Below, one piece after another: positions 55,460-64,000 of a DNA stretch of 64,000 nucleotides; the stretch's first letter is position 1, and every line of letters starts with the position of its first letter. This DNA comes from an uncultured Candidatus Saccharibacteria bacterium (GTDB lineage: Bacteria; Patescibacteriota; 4484-211; JAGQKX01), in the NCBI GenBank assembly GCA_964392315.1, contig CAYMOT010000001.1:73042-137041 (forward strand). Direction: 5' to 3'. The notes under the pieces were generated by a model, which was not told the origin of the DNA, ran no database searches, and was given only the letters and a program-made list of their open reading frames with translations. Both the position numbers and the translations under genes were made by a program.

Positions 55460-56482
55460 TCAATGACGTTGCGTTGCCATTTTTGCCGTTATAAAGCCTA
55501 CAATCGCTAATAATATGACCGCTAGCCAGAAAATTGTTCGAACAACGCTTTCTGTCCCCCCACCAAGCAAATACCCTACCGGAATCATAAGAACAATATG
55601 GAGCGCATAAAATGAGAATGCATGCTTGCCCATATAAAATAGCGGCCACTCTAAGAGTTTTATCCTTTCTACAAGCGGAAAAACAAGCAGTATACTAAAG
55701 ACATACGTCATTCCGTATGTCAAAAAGGTAATCGAGGGGGGAAAACGATTGGATGCCTCAAAGCCCAAAAGATACTGTGCGGCAAACATACCCAGCAAGC
55801 AGCCAGCAACAACCGCAATCCAGCGCCTCTTGTCGAAATTTGTTACACGCAGCCAAAAACCCCATACCATGCCACCGAACATAACGGGTGCATACGATAA
55901 TAGCGGAAACGAGTGCATTGCTCCATTTCCTACCATATGTGCTTTTATAATACCCATTATTCCCTCATTCCAAGAAAGCGAGTACAAATACTTCCCCAAT
56001 ATATAAAGTCCAAAACTCCCCAAAATTACCACCAGAGGCCGCTGCAGTATTCGCCGTAACTCATGTTGGGTAATGAGGATAATAAGAATATACAAAACGA
56101 ACGCAAGAACAAACTCAGTGAAATACATGAGCTTCTCGAATCTGAGAATCGCAAACACATCCCCAAAAAACACTCCACCGCTTCCACCAAACTTCCATTC
56201 GCCAAATATATACACCCACAATGCCAAAACGTAATATCCTAGTAACATCAAAAATGCTCGTCTCATTTCATGCCGGGTATCCAGAACACCTTTATAAAGT
56301 TTGAGTCCATATACCGCCCCAAATACAAACAAAAAAATAGTAAAACAGACCGTTCCTCCCCACCAGCTAATCCACTCAATAATAGGATTCTGGCCGCTAT
56401 AAAATGTCCCAATTGCGTGAGTTGAAATCATGAACAGAATGGCAGTACCTCGAAGAAAATCTAAGCTCCGGTCCCGATGCAT
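55460..56482 (-). CDS. Acyltransferase-3/DUF1624-like integral membrane acyltransferase
   Basis: N-terminal RDRSLDFLRGTAILFMISTHA (RxxxxDxxRG...H motif of the acyltransferase 3 family). About 10 TM helices. Confidence 0.5.
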   Translation of the reverse strand: MHRDRSLDFLRGTAILFMISTHAIGTFYSGQNPIIEWISWWGGTVCFTIFLFVFGAVYGLKLYKGVLDTRHEMRRAFLMLLGYYVLALWVYIFGEWKFGGSGGVFFGDVFAILRFEKLMYFTEFVLAFVLYILIILITQHELRRILQRPLVVILGSFGLYILGKYLYSLSWNEGIMGIIKAHMVGNGAMHSFPLLSYAPVMFGGMVWGFWLRVTNFDKRRWIAVVAGCLLGMFAAQYLLGFEASNRFPPSITFLTYGMTYVFSILLVFPLVERIKLLEWPLFYMGKHAFSFYALHIVLMIPVGYLLGGGTESVVRTIFWLAVILLAIVGFITAKMATQRH

Positions 56483-56558
56483 ACCCTGACTATATCATAG
56501 AAAGGTATCCCCAACCTGGTCACAAACACCGCTTTACATCGTTTATTATAATAAGCAA

Positions 56559-57134
56559 ATGCTTGAGTGGCTTAGAGTAAAGAAACATAGGCCACTGCCC
56601 CAGGATATCGACCTATTACAAGAAGCGCAAAATGGTAGCAGATATGCGTTTGGCAGCCTTTATCTGCAGCACGTTGACACAATCTATCGATTTGCTTTTT
56701 TTCGCGTTGGCGGCGACCAACACACCGCTGAGGATATCACTTCAAAGGTCTTCATCAAGGCGTGGAAAGGCTTGTCTCGGTTTAAAAAACAAGAGACCGG
56801 AACGTTTCGCTCATGGCTTTTACGAATAGCGCATACAACGATCATCGATCATTACCGCAGCACAAAGGCACACGCTCCGTTGCCAGATGATATACCAGCT
56901 ACTGACAAAACCGACCAAATGGCCGAACAGATTGATTCTCAGAAAGCGTTGCTACAGGTATTAGGTACCCTAACGGACACGCAAAGAATAGTGGTCACGC
57001 TGACATATTTTGAAGATATATCTACGAAAGAAATAGCAAGCATTGTAGGAAAAAACGAAGACGCTGTCCGTGCGATACGATCACGTGCACTCAAAAAAAT
57101 ACAGGACATAATGCGTAGAACATACAATATGTAA
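56559..57134 (+). CDS. ECF sigma factor (sigma-70 family)
   Basis: Region 2 (YRFAFFRVGGDQHTAEDITSKVFIKAW...SWLLRIAHTTIIDHYR) and region 4 HTH (STKEIASIVGKNEDAVRAIRSRALKKI). Confidence 0.8.
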   Translation: MLEWLRVKKHRPLPQDIDLLQEAQNGSRYAFGSLYLQHVDTIYRFAFFRVGGDQHTAEDITSKVFIKAWKGLSRFKKQETGTFRSWLLRIAHTTIIDHYRSTKAHAPLPDDIPATDKTDQMAEQIDSQKALLQVLGTLTDTQRIVVTLTYFEDISTKEIASIVGKNEDAVRAIRSRALKKIQDIMRRTYNM

Positions 57135-57144
57135 TGTACCTACT

Positions 57145-57921
57145 ATGAATTTTAATCATCCTTTTCCACCCCATTTACAAGAAATGTATAAAAATACTGC
57201 CGCTACACCTCAAATGCACGCCGCGATACGTGCGCTAGAACGAACGTTGCCCGCTCACCGCACCGGTAAGAAGCAATCTCTGCTCATTTTTAGACCCTTA
57301 CTGGTTCTGTTAGTTGGAGCAGCACTAGTGCTTGCATCAGGCATTGGGATTGTGAATGCTGCTCAACAAAGCATTCCTGGGGATAGCTTGTATACTGTAA
57401 AACGTGTAACTGAACAACTTGGTACCTCCCTCACCCTACATCACACCAAAAAAATAGAAAAACATCAAACTCATGCAACAACCCGAATAGTCGAACTCGA
57501 AAAGCTCATTGTTAATCCAAAAGCAACACCAGCGCCAGCATTCATACAAGAGGTGCTCACAGATTATCAGGATCACATAGCCGCCGCATATGAAGAAGTC
57601 CAGATACTAACGAAAGACACCGAAGCCGCAGAAGATGGAATACGTAAAGAAATCGATTTACACACTGCGACAATGGAACAACTCAGTACGCAAGCTCCAA
57701 AGCAAACACGAAACCTTATTTTCCGTACAATCGAAATGACGACAAAGGTCTCTATGGAACTACATGACGATGAGCCAGAAACCCCACCTCACCATTTGAC
57801 TCCTGCGCCCGAGCCTACCGCTACACCCACGCCTACTCTTACCCTCACGCCATCCCCAACTCCAGCACCTGAACCAACTCCGCTCTTGGATATACAGCTT
57901 CAATTACCGCTAGGCCTCTAA
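57145..57921 (+). CDS. Anti-sigma factor-like membrane protein (DUF5667-like periplasmic domain)
   Basis: Lies 10 bp after the sigma gene. Cytoplasmic N-terminus, TM helix (LLVLLVGAALVLASGIGIV), conserved DSLYTVKRVTEQ block, Pro/Thr-rich C-terminus. Confidence 0.55.
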   Translation: MNFNHPFPPHLQEMYKNTAATPQMHAAIRALERTLPAHRTGKKQSLLIFRPLLVLLVGAALVLASGIGIVNAAQQSIPGDSLYTVKRVTEQLGTSLTLHHTKKIEKHQTHATTRIVELEKLIVNPKATPAPAFIQEVLTDYQDHIAAAYEEVQILTKDTEAAEDGIRKEIDLHTATMEQLSTQAPKQTRNLIFRTIEMTTKVSMELHDDEPETPPHHLTPAPEPTATPTPTLTLTPSPTPAPEPTPLLDIQLQLPLGL

Positions 57922-57957
57922 AGAGTAACCCCATACTTCGTCTGTTATACTTGCAAA

Positions 57958-58584
57958 ATGTCCATAGCAAGACAATTTGAGCCAGCATTAGCGCATTATA
58001 AGCGAAACGATCCACGGATCTTTGAGGTACTGACAAAGACTGACCTGCCTGCATGGTTTGCACCATCACCGAGTAATCTTGAAAACGATCACTTTATTGC
58101 GCTCTGTGAAAACATTATCGGCCAACAACTTTCCGGTAAAGCAGCCCGCAGCATTATTCATAGATTTCATGCAATCTACACCCCACAGGCACCGAACCCC
58201 GTCCTCACTATAAACACACCAATTGAAACACTCAGGAGTGCAGGGCTCTCCAATGCCAAGGCTACATATCTCAAAAACATTGCTGAAAGTGTCACAAAGG
58301 GCTCAATTGACCTAGATACCTTACATACCCTAAACGACGATGAGGTTATTGAGCAACTGATACAGATAAAAGGTATTGGTAAATGGACCGCGGAGATGTT
58401 TTTACTATTTACCTTACATCGGACGGATGTTTTCTCTTTTGGGGATCTCGGACTCAAGAAAGGTATTTCACGAATCTATGGAATTGAACATCCTACCACT
58501 GACCAAATACAAAAAATTATTGAAGCCTGGTCACCATATAAATCGTTTGGGTCAATTGGTCTCTGGCAGAGCAACGATTACTAG
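57958..58584 (+). CDS. DNA-3-methyladenine glycosylase II-like (HhH-GPD superfamily)
   Basis: HhH-GPD signature: IIGQQLSGKAARSI...IKGIGKWTAEMFLLFTLHRTDVFSFGDLGL with catalytic Asp. 208 aa. Confidence 0.75.
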   Translation: MSIARQFEPALAHYKRNDPRIFEVLTKTDLPAWFAPSPSNLENDHFIALCENIIGQQLSGKAARSIIHRFHAIYTPQAPNPVLTINTPIETLRSAGLSNAKATYLKNIAESVTKGSIDLDTLHTLNDDEVIEQLIQIKGIGKWTAEMFLLFTLHRTDVFSFGDLGLKKGISRIYGIEHPTTDQIQKIIEAWSPYKSFGSIGLWQSNDY

Positions 58585-58697
58585 TACTATTGAGTAATTT
58601 ATTGTTTCTATAATTACACATACGCAAAGTGGCTCGAGTTAAACATAGTAACAAGAGCCACTATTGCGCAAACTGCAGTATTACGCTTCTAATCATT

Positions 58698-58898
58698 CTA
58701 TTCACGATCATTATCCAAACCATCAAACAGGTCATCAGTTTTGTCTCTAAGATTCTCGGCACCATCCTGTATATTCTCCCGCGCCTCTCTCATACCACCT
58801 TTTATACGCTCGCCAGTATCCTCAGCTGCCTCTCCCATATTATCAATTGTCTCCTCTACATCGCTTTCGAAATTATTGTGTGTCATATACCTACTCAC
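58698..58898 (-). CDS. Small hydrophilic acidic protein (66 aa), CsbD-like stress protein candidate
   Basis: Repetitive E/D/G/N-rich segments. Preferred over the hydrophobic antisense ORF 58629..58919, but weakly. Confidence 0.3.
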   Translation of the reverse strand: MSRYMTHNNFESDVEETIDNMGEAAEDTGERIKGGMREARENIQDGAENLRDKTDDLFDGLDNDRE

Positions 58899-59003
58899 CC
58901 CCTTATTCGTTTATATTAAGGTCTACATATATGCTTTAGGTAAAAAAAATATAAGAGATGTGTGAGGATAGCCGCTGATTATAAAAACCAGCGGCTACTC
59001 ACC

Positions 59004-59321
59004 TTATTGTCCAGAAGGAAGAGTGACAGTAACTGTCGGTACCGTTGTTGGCGTTTGTACAGTTGGAGTAGCTGCCTGAGTTGGCGCTTCCTCTCCTTCT
59101 GTTGGAGTAGTTACCGGGGTAGTCATACGCGTCGGTGTCGGTGATGCGGTGGTCGTAGTACCACCTGTTTCATCATCGTCTCGATTCGCCATAGCAAGAT
59201 AAATGAGTCCCCCTATAAGAATCAATGCAATAATAAGTCCGGTAAGAACACCGTTGGATCGAGCTTCGCTCGGGGTTTCGGATGCTCTATTGTCGTTGTA
59301 TACAGTAGCCATGTAAATCAC
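59004..59321 (-). CDS. Small membrane-anchored Thr/Pro-rich protein (105 aa)
   Basis: TM helix (LTGLIIALILIGGLIYLAM) followed by a TTTTASPTPT...TPTTVPTVTVT tail. A hairpin (TAGCCGCTG-N11-CAGCGGCTA, 58969-58997) lies just downstream. Confidence 0.4.
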   Translation of the reverse strand: MIYMATVYNDNRASETPSEARSNGVLTGLIIALILIGGLIYLAMANRDDDETGGTTTTASPTPTRMTTPVTTPTEGEEAPTQAATPTVQTPTTVPTVTVTLPSGQ

Positions 59322-59407
59322 CCCCTTGTTTTATAGAAAACACTATACAAGCGAGTTAGAATAAGCGGGTAATAAGCGCGTAATAGGTATGTAAGGGAAA
59401 CAAAAAG

Positions 59408-60361
59408 CTATGACCGTAAACTCCACCCCGGGCCAGTTAAAATTTCACACACCACAAAAAGGACATAGCACAATATGAGCGCGAGTCCCTCTTTTGACGA
59501 AATATCCTTCTTGCTCCTCCCAAAGGCGACAAATAACCCCAATCCGCCAAGAAAAACAAGCACGCTATAATTTGATCCTTCTGCCGCAATAGGTGTGGTA
59601 CCTATAAAGCTTAGTACTCCTAGTTCAAGCGTATTGAGAGAGGCCGACCCTATGTAACTCCCAAAAGCTACACTATTAGTCTTTGACAATATCGCCCTAA
59701 TTGCGATCGTAAATTCGGGAATATTAGTGCCAAGAGAAATGATAATAAGACTTATTATAAAGGGCGATATTTGCAGCGCACTTCCGATAGCCTCAGTCTT
59801 TTCCACTAATACATTTGTTGAAATAAAAACGACAATAACTGCCACCAATATTTTTCCCAAGCTCGTTAACAACGTACCATGGCTAATACGGACATGGGCA
59901 ATTTTATCCAGCGTCTTACTCTTCCTTCCCTCCATAATGACAAAATATACATATAAAACGATGCAAATGATCGCATCCACATAGGAGATGCTATTGTCGA
60001 GGGTCAAAAGTGCCGGCATGCCTACAATTAATACAGCAGTTACAAGATCTTTCGTAGAGAGCGAGTGATTAAGTGTTATTCCCTTTCCGACAACTGCCAT
60101 AAATGGAATGATGAGGAGAAATACCACAACAGAACTTCCGACAAGATTTCCTACAAAAATTTCAGGCTCATTATTGATGTGAGCATTCACCCCAACCATA
60201 ATCTCAGTGATAGAGGTAAATCCACCAAGGATGAAAAACGATACGATGAAGGTTGACATGTGCAGGCTGTGGGCGATCTTGGTGACACTACTAACTACGA
60301 TCCCAGAACTTACCCACAACAAAACAAATGCACCGAGAAACTGCACGACGTTATTGAACAT
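59408..60361 (-). CDS. Na+/Ca2+ exchanger (CaCA family) membrane protein
   Basis: Two alpha-repeat-like regions (GFTSITEIMVGV and GTNIPEFTIAIRA). About 10 TM helices. 317 aa. Confidence 0.6.
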   Translation of the reverse strand: MFNNVVQFLGAFVLLWVSSGIVVSSVTKIAHSLHMSTFIVSFFILGGFTSITEIMVGVNAHINNEPEIFVGNLVGSSVVVFLLIIPFMAVVGKGITLNHSLSTKDLVTAVLIVGMPALLTLDNSISYVDAIICIVLYVYFVIMEGRKSKTLDKIAHVRISHGTLLTSLGKILVAVIVVFISTNVLVEKTEAIGSALQISPFIISLIIISLGTNIPEFTIAIRAILSKTNSVAFGSYIGSASLNTLELGVLSFIGTTPIAAEGSNYSVLVFLGGLGLFVAFGRSKKDISSKEGLALILCYVLFVVCEILTGPGWSLRS

Positions 60362-60557
60362 ATTTTTAAGACAACACTACGAACGGGTCTGTTTCGCCTG
60401 TTTTAATTTTCTTTTAGCTTTTATATCTAAACCCTTCTTCTTTTCGGGCTTTTTGCCTTTATCTCTACCTTTTGCCATATGGATGACCTCCTTTATAAAC
60501 TATACTCAATTAAATATACTGTAGAGCTGGTATGACCGCAAGATCAGCCCTACGCGC

Positions 60558-61523
60558 ATGTTATACTATGCACATAAAACTATGATCTCTTTTGTATTTC
60601 CAGCATACAATGAAGAACAATCACTGGATAAACTCATAGAGGAGATGCTGAAAGTCAAAGCAAGGATAGATGAAGAAGTAGAGCTTATCTTTGTGAATGA
60701 TGGCAGTAGTGACAATACAAAGCACCTCTTGACGGCCTACACACAACAACACCCCTATATTAAACTCATCAGCTTTTCAAGAAACTTTGGACACCAGATA
60801 GCTATTACCGCTGGCCTTGATTATGCGTCAGGCGATGCGGTCGTTATTATGGACAGCGACCTGCAAGACCCACCAGAGGTAGCACTGGAACTTATCCAGA
60901 AATGGCATGAAGGGTATGAAGTCGTCTATGCCAAACGCCGTACCCGACAGGACGGGGCATTCAAAAAATTCACCGCTTGGCTATTTTATAGACTATTACG
61001 CGCACTGACGCATATAGATATCCCCAAAGATACGGGAGATTTTCGGTTACTCGACCGGAGAGCCGTCGAGGCGATGAAAAAATTCCGCGAATCAAACCGA
61101 TTCATGCGCGGTCTTACTGCTTTTATTGGGTTTAGGCAGACATTTGTACTCTTTGACCGCAAAGAACGTTACGCAGGAGCAACTCATTACCCACTGAGTA
61201 AGATGCTCAAATTTGCGTGGGATGGCATCACCAGCTTTTCCAGTATACCCTTAAGGATCGGGTCTTATCTTGGTGTTTTCATCGCATTTCTCAGCTTTCT
61301 TGGTGTTCTATATGCGATTTTCATGAAAATCTTCTTCCCACAAATCACAGTCGCCGGATGGACACTTATGATTTCTGCAATTTTCTTTATCGGCGGTATC
61401 CAAATGCTGATGCTTGGACTTATTGGTGAATACATCGCACGTATTTACACGGAAGTAAGGCAGCGTCCTCTTTACTTAGTAGAAGAAGTTAGAAATCTTG
61501 AAGGAGCCAAAACACTTCCGTAG
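60558..61523 (+). CDS. Family 2 glycosyltransferase (polyprenyl-phosphate sugar synthase, DPM1/ArnC/GtrB-like) with C-terminal TM helices
   Basis: SFVFPAYNEE, VNDGSSDNT, DSDLQDPPE motifs. C-terminal 2-TM anchor. Confidence 0.8.
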   Translation: MLYYAHKTMISFVFPAYNEEQSLDKLIEEMLKVKARIDEEVELIFVNDGSSDNTKHLLTAYTQQHPYIKLISFSRNFGHQIAITAGLDYASGDAVVIMDSDLQDPPEVALELIQKWHEGYEVVYAKRRTRQDGAFKKFTAWLFYRLLRALTHIDIPKDTGDFRLLDRRAVEAMKKFRESNRFMRGLTAFIGFRQTFVLFDRKERYAGATHYPLSKMLKFAWDGITSFSSIPLRIGSYLGVFIAFLSFLGVLYAIFMKIFFPQITVAGWTLMISAIFFIGGIQMLMLGLIGEYIARIYTEVRQRPLYLVEEVRNLEGAKTLP

Positions 61524-61533
61524 CGTGCAACGA

Positions 61534-61567
61534 GAAAGGCCACATAACAGCAGTTACATGGCCTTTC
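61534..61567. terminator. Hairpin between convergent genes (possible bidirectional terminator)
   Basis: GAAAGGCCAC-N14-ATGGCCTTTC, stem 9/10 bp, lying between the GT2 stop (61523) and the mscL stop (61583). No strong U-tract on either strand. Confidence 0.35.
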
Positions 61568-61582
61568 ACAAGAATACTTTAA

Positions 61583-61894
61583 TTACTCAGACTTCTTATC
61601 AAGCTTATCCAGTCCAAGCATTTTCACTCCATAATATACGACTAACGCAATTACAACAAAATCAATTGCCGTGCTCAGGAAGCTCCCCCACATGAGTTTT
61701 GCAGATCCGACTTCAATATAAGAATCACTAAGATTACCTTCGGCACCAAGCGCGATTCCCAACAGAGGATTTATGATGTCACCAACAAGTGAAGAAACTA
61801 CTTTTGAAACCGCACCACCCAAGATAAAACCAACTGCCAATCCAACTACACCCTGTTCACGAATAAAATCCATGAATCCTTTCATTACGCTCAC
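61583..61894 (-). CDS. mscL: Large-conductance mechanosensitive channel MscL
   Basis: Classic N-terminus MSVMKGFMDFIREQGVVGLAVGFILGGA and TM1/TM2 layout. 103 aa. Confidence 0.9.
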   Translation of the reverse strand: MSVMKGFMDFIREQGVVGLAVGFILGGAVSKVVSSLVGDIINPLLGIALGAEGNLSDSYIEVGSAKLMWGSFLSTAIDFVVIALVVYYGVKMLGLDKLDKKSE

Positions 61895-62047
61895 CTCCTT
61901 TGTGTACTGCGACTAGCCTTCCCAAGAGGTCATAAGTTGAAAGTAATTTCTATCAAGGTCAGCAAGCGGGGCTAATACATTGGGCTGTTCGGAACCAATT
62001 ATGATTGAATTTTCGTTAGGCATGTATGAAGTATACGCTCTCACACG

Positions 62048-62067
62048 GTGTGCGTCATGACGCACAC
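62048..62067. repeat. Perfect 20-bp palindrome GTGTGCGTCA|TGACGCACAC
   Basis: Read directly. Lies 23 bp downstream of the MFS gene stop and about 155 bp upstream of the mscL start. It is either a terminator stem or an operator. Confidence 0.4.
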
Positions 62068-62089
62068 GAAGCAACGACAGTATTGTCAA

Positions 62090-63409
62090 CTATTCATTAT
62101 ATTTTTCAGCCAAGAGAACGTAGGAAGAAGAACGCCGCGCAATCTGAGTTACAGTAAAACCAATTACACCTGCACAAATAAATACTAATGCGATACCGCG
62201 GCCAGTACCTACGCCAAACCAATTGCCGATCAACTCCACACCACGACCTGTTGTCATAAAAGGAATAAAAATATACTGAGCAATAGGTCCAATTAAAAAG
62301 GCTGTCAGCGGAGAGGCTGCCTGTTCAATACTTTGAGCGAATCCGAACACTCGACCTTGCCGCTCCTGTGGTACTACCTTTTGAATGATTGTTTGTTCAG
62401 TTGCCTCCACAAACGGCATGAGAAATATCCAAACAAGTATGCCAATCGCTAGCAGCACAATTGATGGCTGGATGGTAAAGAAAATGCATACCGCCCACGT
62501 CACCGTATTAATGCGAAAGAGATTGCGTACCGGATCTGCCCCTAACCCCATGCGTGAAATGTAGAGCCCTCCAAAAATAAAACCAAGGCTCAAAAATCCC
62601 CACAACAAACCCCACGATTGTACTGAAACCATAGATAGTCCGTACGCATCCATCAAGGCCATAAACACCCCGCCCAAAAAATTATTAAATGTGGTGAAAA
62701 AGATTAGGGGGAACAACCCTGGGATCGAACGAATCACTGCGATTGTGCCTTTAACATCCACTTTCCTTCGATTGGATTCACCTTCTTCGAGCGAATGAGC
62801 ATGGAGTATCTCTTTTTCTACGATCGGAATCAGTGCTAGATGCCCCATCGCCAAAATGGTACACAGTATTGCAACGACCAGTACGATAGTCATATTTCCA
62901 AACCCAAGAGCTAAGCCACTCGCCACAGAGGTAATAGCAAATGATATACCCATGACTGTGCCAAACATGCCATTTGCGCGATCCCGCTTCTCTTCTGGTA
63001 CCAATACCGTAACCAAAGTTGGTACCGCTATACCATATATATTGCCCGCAATTGAGCCACCCAAAAGAACAATAGCAAAGAGCCATAACGTCGGACTTTC
63101 AATGGAAGAGAATGCCTGTTCAGGTGCTACTTGTAACAGGAGTAGCCCAAAACTAAAAAGCACTAACGTCACCGCACTCGATAGCATCATAACCAGTTTT
63201 TTTCGGTAATGGTCGACGAAAGATCCCAACCAAAAGCCTGTTAAGGCTGAACAAACTAGATACATTCCTCCTACAAGCCCTGTTGAAATAACTGATTGAG
63301 TCTCTAGGTATACCCAATAGGTTAATGCAAACCATACAAAGGCATTCTTAGCAGAAGAGATCAGCGCGTTAATTAAAAGATGATAAAAAGTCTTCATATT
63401 ATTCAGCAA
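62090..63409 (-). CDS. MFS transporter
   Basis: 12 predicted TM helices in two 6-helix halves. MFS loop motif GxxxDRxGRK-like (FVDHYRKK). 439 aa. Confidence 0.75.
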   Translation of the reverse strand: MLNNMKTFYHLLINALISSAKNAFVWFALTYWVYLETQSVISTGLVGGMYLVCSALTGFWLGSFVDHYRKKLVMMLSSAVTLVLFSFGLLLLQVAPEQAFSSIESPTLWLFAIVLLGGSIAGNIYGIAVPTLVTVLVPEEKRDRANGMFGTVMGISFAITSVASGLALGFGNMTIVLVVAILCTILAMGHLALIPIVEKEILHAHSLEEGESNRRKVDVKGTIAVIRSIPGLFPLIFFTTFNNFLGGVFMALMDAYGLSMVSVQSWGLLWGFLSLGFIFGGLYISRMGLGADPVRNLFRINTVTWAVCIFFTIQPSIVLLAIGILVWIFLMPFVEATEQTIIQKVVPQERQGRVFGFAQSIEQAASPLTAFLIGPIAQYIFIPFMTTGRGVELIGNWFGVGTGRGIALVFICAGVIGFTVTQIARRSSSYVLLAEKYNE

Positions 63410-63608
63410 AAGATAAACCCTTTTCTTTCAAGGCTTCTTTTAAAATTCGTATTGCTTTCGGACCTACACCATGCATTGCCAGTAGTTCTCTCTCGGTCAC
63501 TCTGGTAAGTTGCCTTAAATCGGTGTATCCAGCGGCTGCCAATTCTCTTTTCGCAACCTGACCTATGAATGGAAAGTCATATTCTTCAGATTTTTCATTT
63601 TCTAGCAT
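63399..63608 (-). CDS. Small helix-hairpin-helix DNA-binding protein (69 aa)
   Basis: HhH GhG motif LAMHGVGPKAIRILKEAL. Overlaps the downstream MFS gene by 11 bp. Confidence 0.4.
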   Translation of the reverse strand: MLENEKSEEYDFPFIGQVAKRELAAAGYTDLRQLTRVTERELLAMHGVGPKAIRILKEALKEKGLSFAE

Positions 63609-63813
63609 CCGTGGATTGTAACTTTTTTACTGCTATACTGACAAACATTACCTTGCTACTCACAAAACACATAAGCCCGTATAAAGCCGTATAGGGATTG
63701 AAGATAAGGATAAATAATAGACGAGCAGTATCTCTACGAGTAAAAATGAGTAAATTTCAAATATGATAGGCTATAGTTTGATAGATGTTGAGCATCGTAA
63801 GAGGAAACAACAG

Positions 63814-64000
63814 TTATAGAAACGTCTTCAAGTCTTTGAGTGTATCAATTACCCTCCACGCCCTGTCTTCTACGCGCGAACCCTTAAATGTTACTCCGTG
63901 CCCAGTCATCTCAAACCCATAAGTGTCGTTGTCACCGTCACCAACAAAAACAACCTGAGTAACATCTATACCCAACTCATCGCATAATCTTTGTAGTTCT
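63814..64000 (-). CDS. HAD-superfamily phosphatase, C-terminal part (gene continues beyond window end)
   Basis: Manual translation of the minus strand gives ...GIDVTQVVFVGDGDNDTYGFEMTGHGVTF...*, the HAD motif III GDGxND. The stop is at 63814-63816. Confidence 0.45.
   Translation of the reverse strand, partial: ELQRLCDELGIDVTQVVFVGDGDNDTYGFEMTGHGVTFKGSRVEDRAWRVIDTLKDLKTFL

Noticed and set aside
58629-58919. 96-aa hydrophobic + strand ORF versus the 66-aa acidic minus-strand ORF at the same locus.
   Set aside because: Only one can be real. The + strand product is Cys/Ile/Leu-rich with no charged loops and no SD, so I tentatively prefer the minus-strand acidic protein. Both are low confidence.
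1-64000. CRISPR arrays, cas genes, restriction-modification, toxin-antitoxin pairs, transposases/IS elements, prophage structural genes.
   Set aside because: No regularly spaced direct repeats were seen on reading the window. No Cas, RT, transposase (DDE/HUH) or capsid/terminase-like ORFs were seen either. The only recombinase is a Xer-type enzyme.

Overview
The window reads as a compact, gene-dense, low-GC bacterial chromosome segment with very short intergenic spacers and overlapping genes. I infer a reduced-genome bacterium of the CPR/Patescibacteria type. This rests on an ATP-dependent DNA ligase used as a housekeeping gene, a 16S gene not linked to 23S, type IV pilins, many membrane-anchored proteins with Thr/Pro-rich linkers, and a 16S 530-loop that deviates from the universal consensus. 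This remains inference, not proof.

RNA genes:
- One complete 16S rRNA on the minus strand (about 3004-4528), with its own leader/trailer processing stem and a downstream intrinsic terminator.
- tRNA-Ile(GAT) directly after the 16S spacer.
- tRNA-Ala(TGC) about 2 kb further on, separated from tRNA-Ile by protein-coding genes, with no 23S in the window.
- A tandem pair of CAT-anticodon tRNAs.
- A tRNA with anticodon TAT (Ile, AUA-reading).
- Two tRNA 3'-end fragments that look like relics.

Recognisable protein genes include MnmA, ATP-dependent DNA ligase, a class II Fic protein, DNA polymerase I, FtsH, Lon, an M50 site-2-protease-like protease, RNase HII, a YegD-type Hsp70-like ATPase, Dtd, MutL, MutS, MsrA, a cytochrome b5-like protein, an RRM protein, MscL, an MFS transporter, a CaCA exchanger, AlkA, a Xer-type tyrosine recombinase, a sortase, a PIG-L deacetylase, several GT2/GT4 glycosyltransferases including a QxxRW cellulose-synthase-like enzyme, two ECF sigma/anti-sigma modules, and a type IV pilin operon ending in an 840-aa LamG-domain giant minor pilin.

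No CRISPR array, cas genes, transposase, reverse transcriptase or obvious prophage structural genes were seen.

Candidate undescribed systems, none of which I can prove:
- A paralogous palindromic tRNA leader module shared by unlinked tRNA genes.
- The dismantled rRNA locus with small membrane-peptide genes inside the 16S-tRNA spacer.
- A Hsp70-like plus unknown 360-aa two-gene operon.
- A five-gene envelope cluster containing an Arg-rich 369-aa protein with no recognisable domain.
- The LamG tip-pilin operon.
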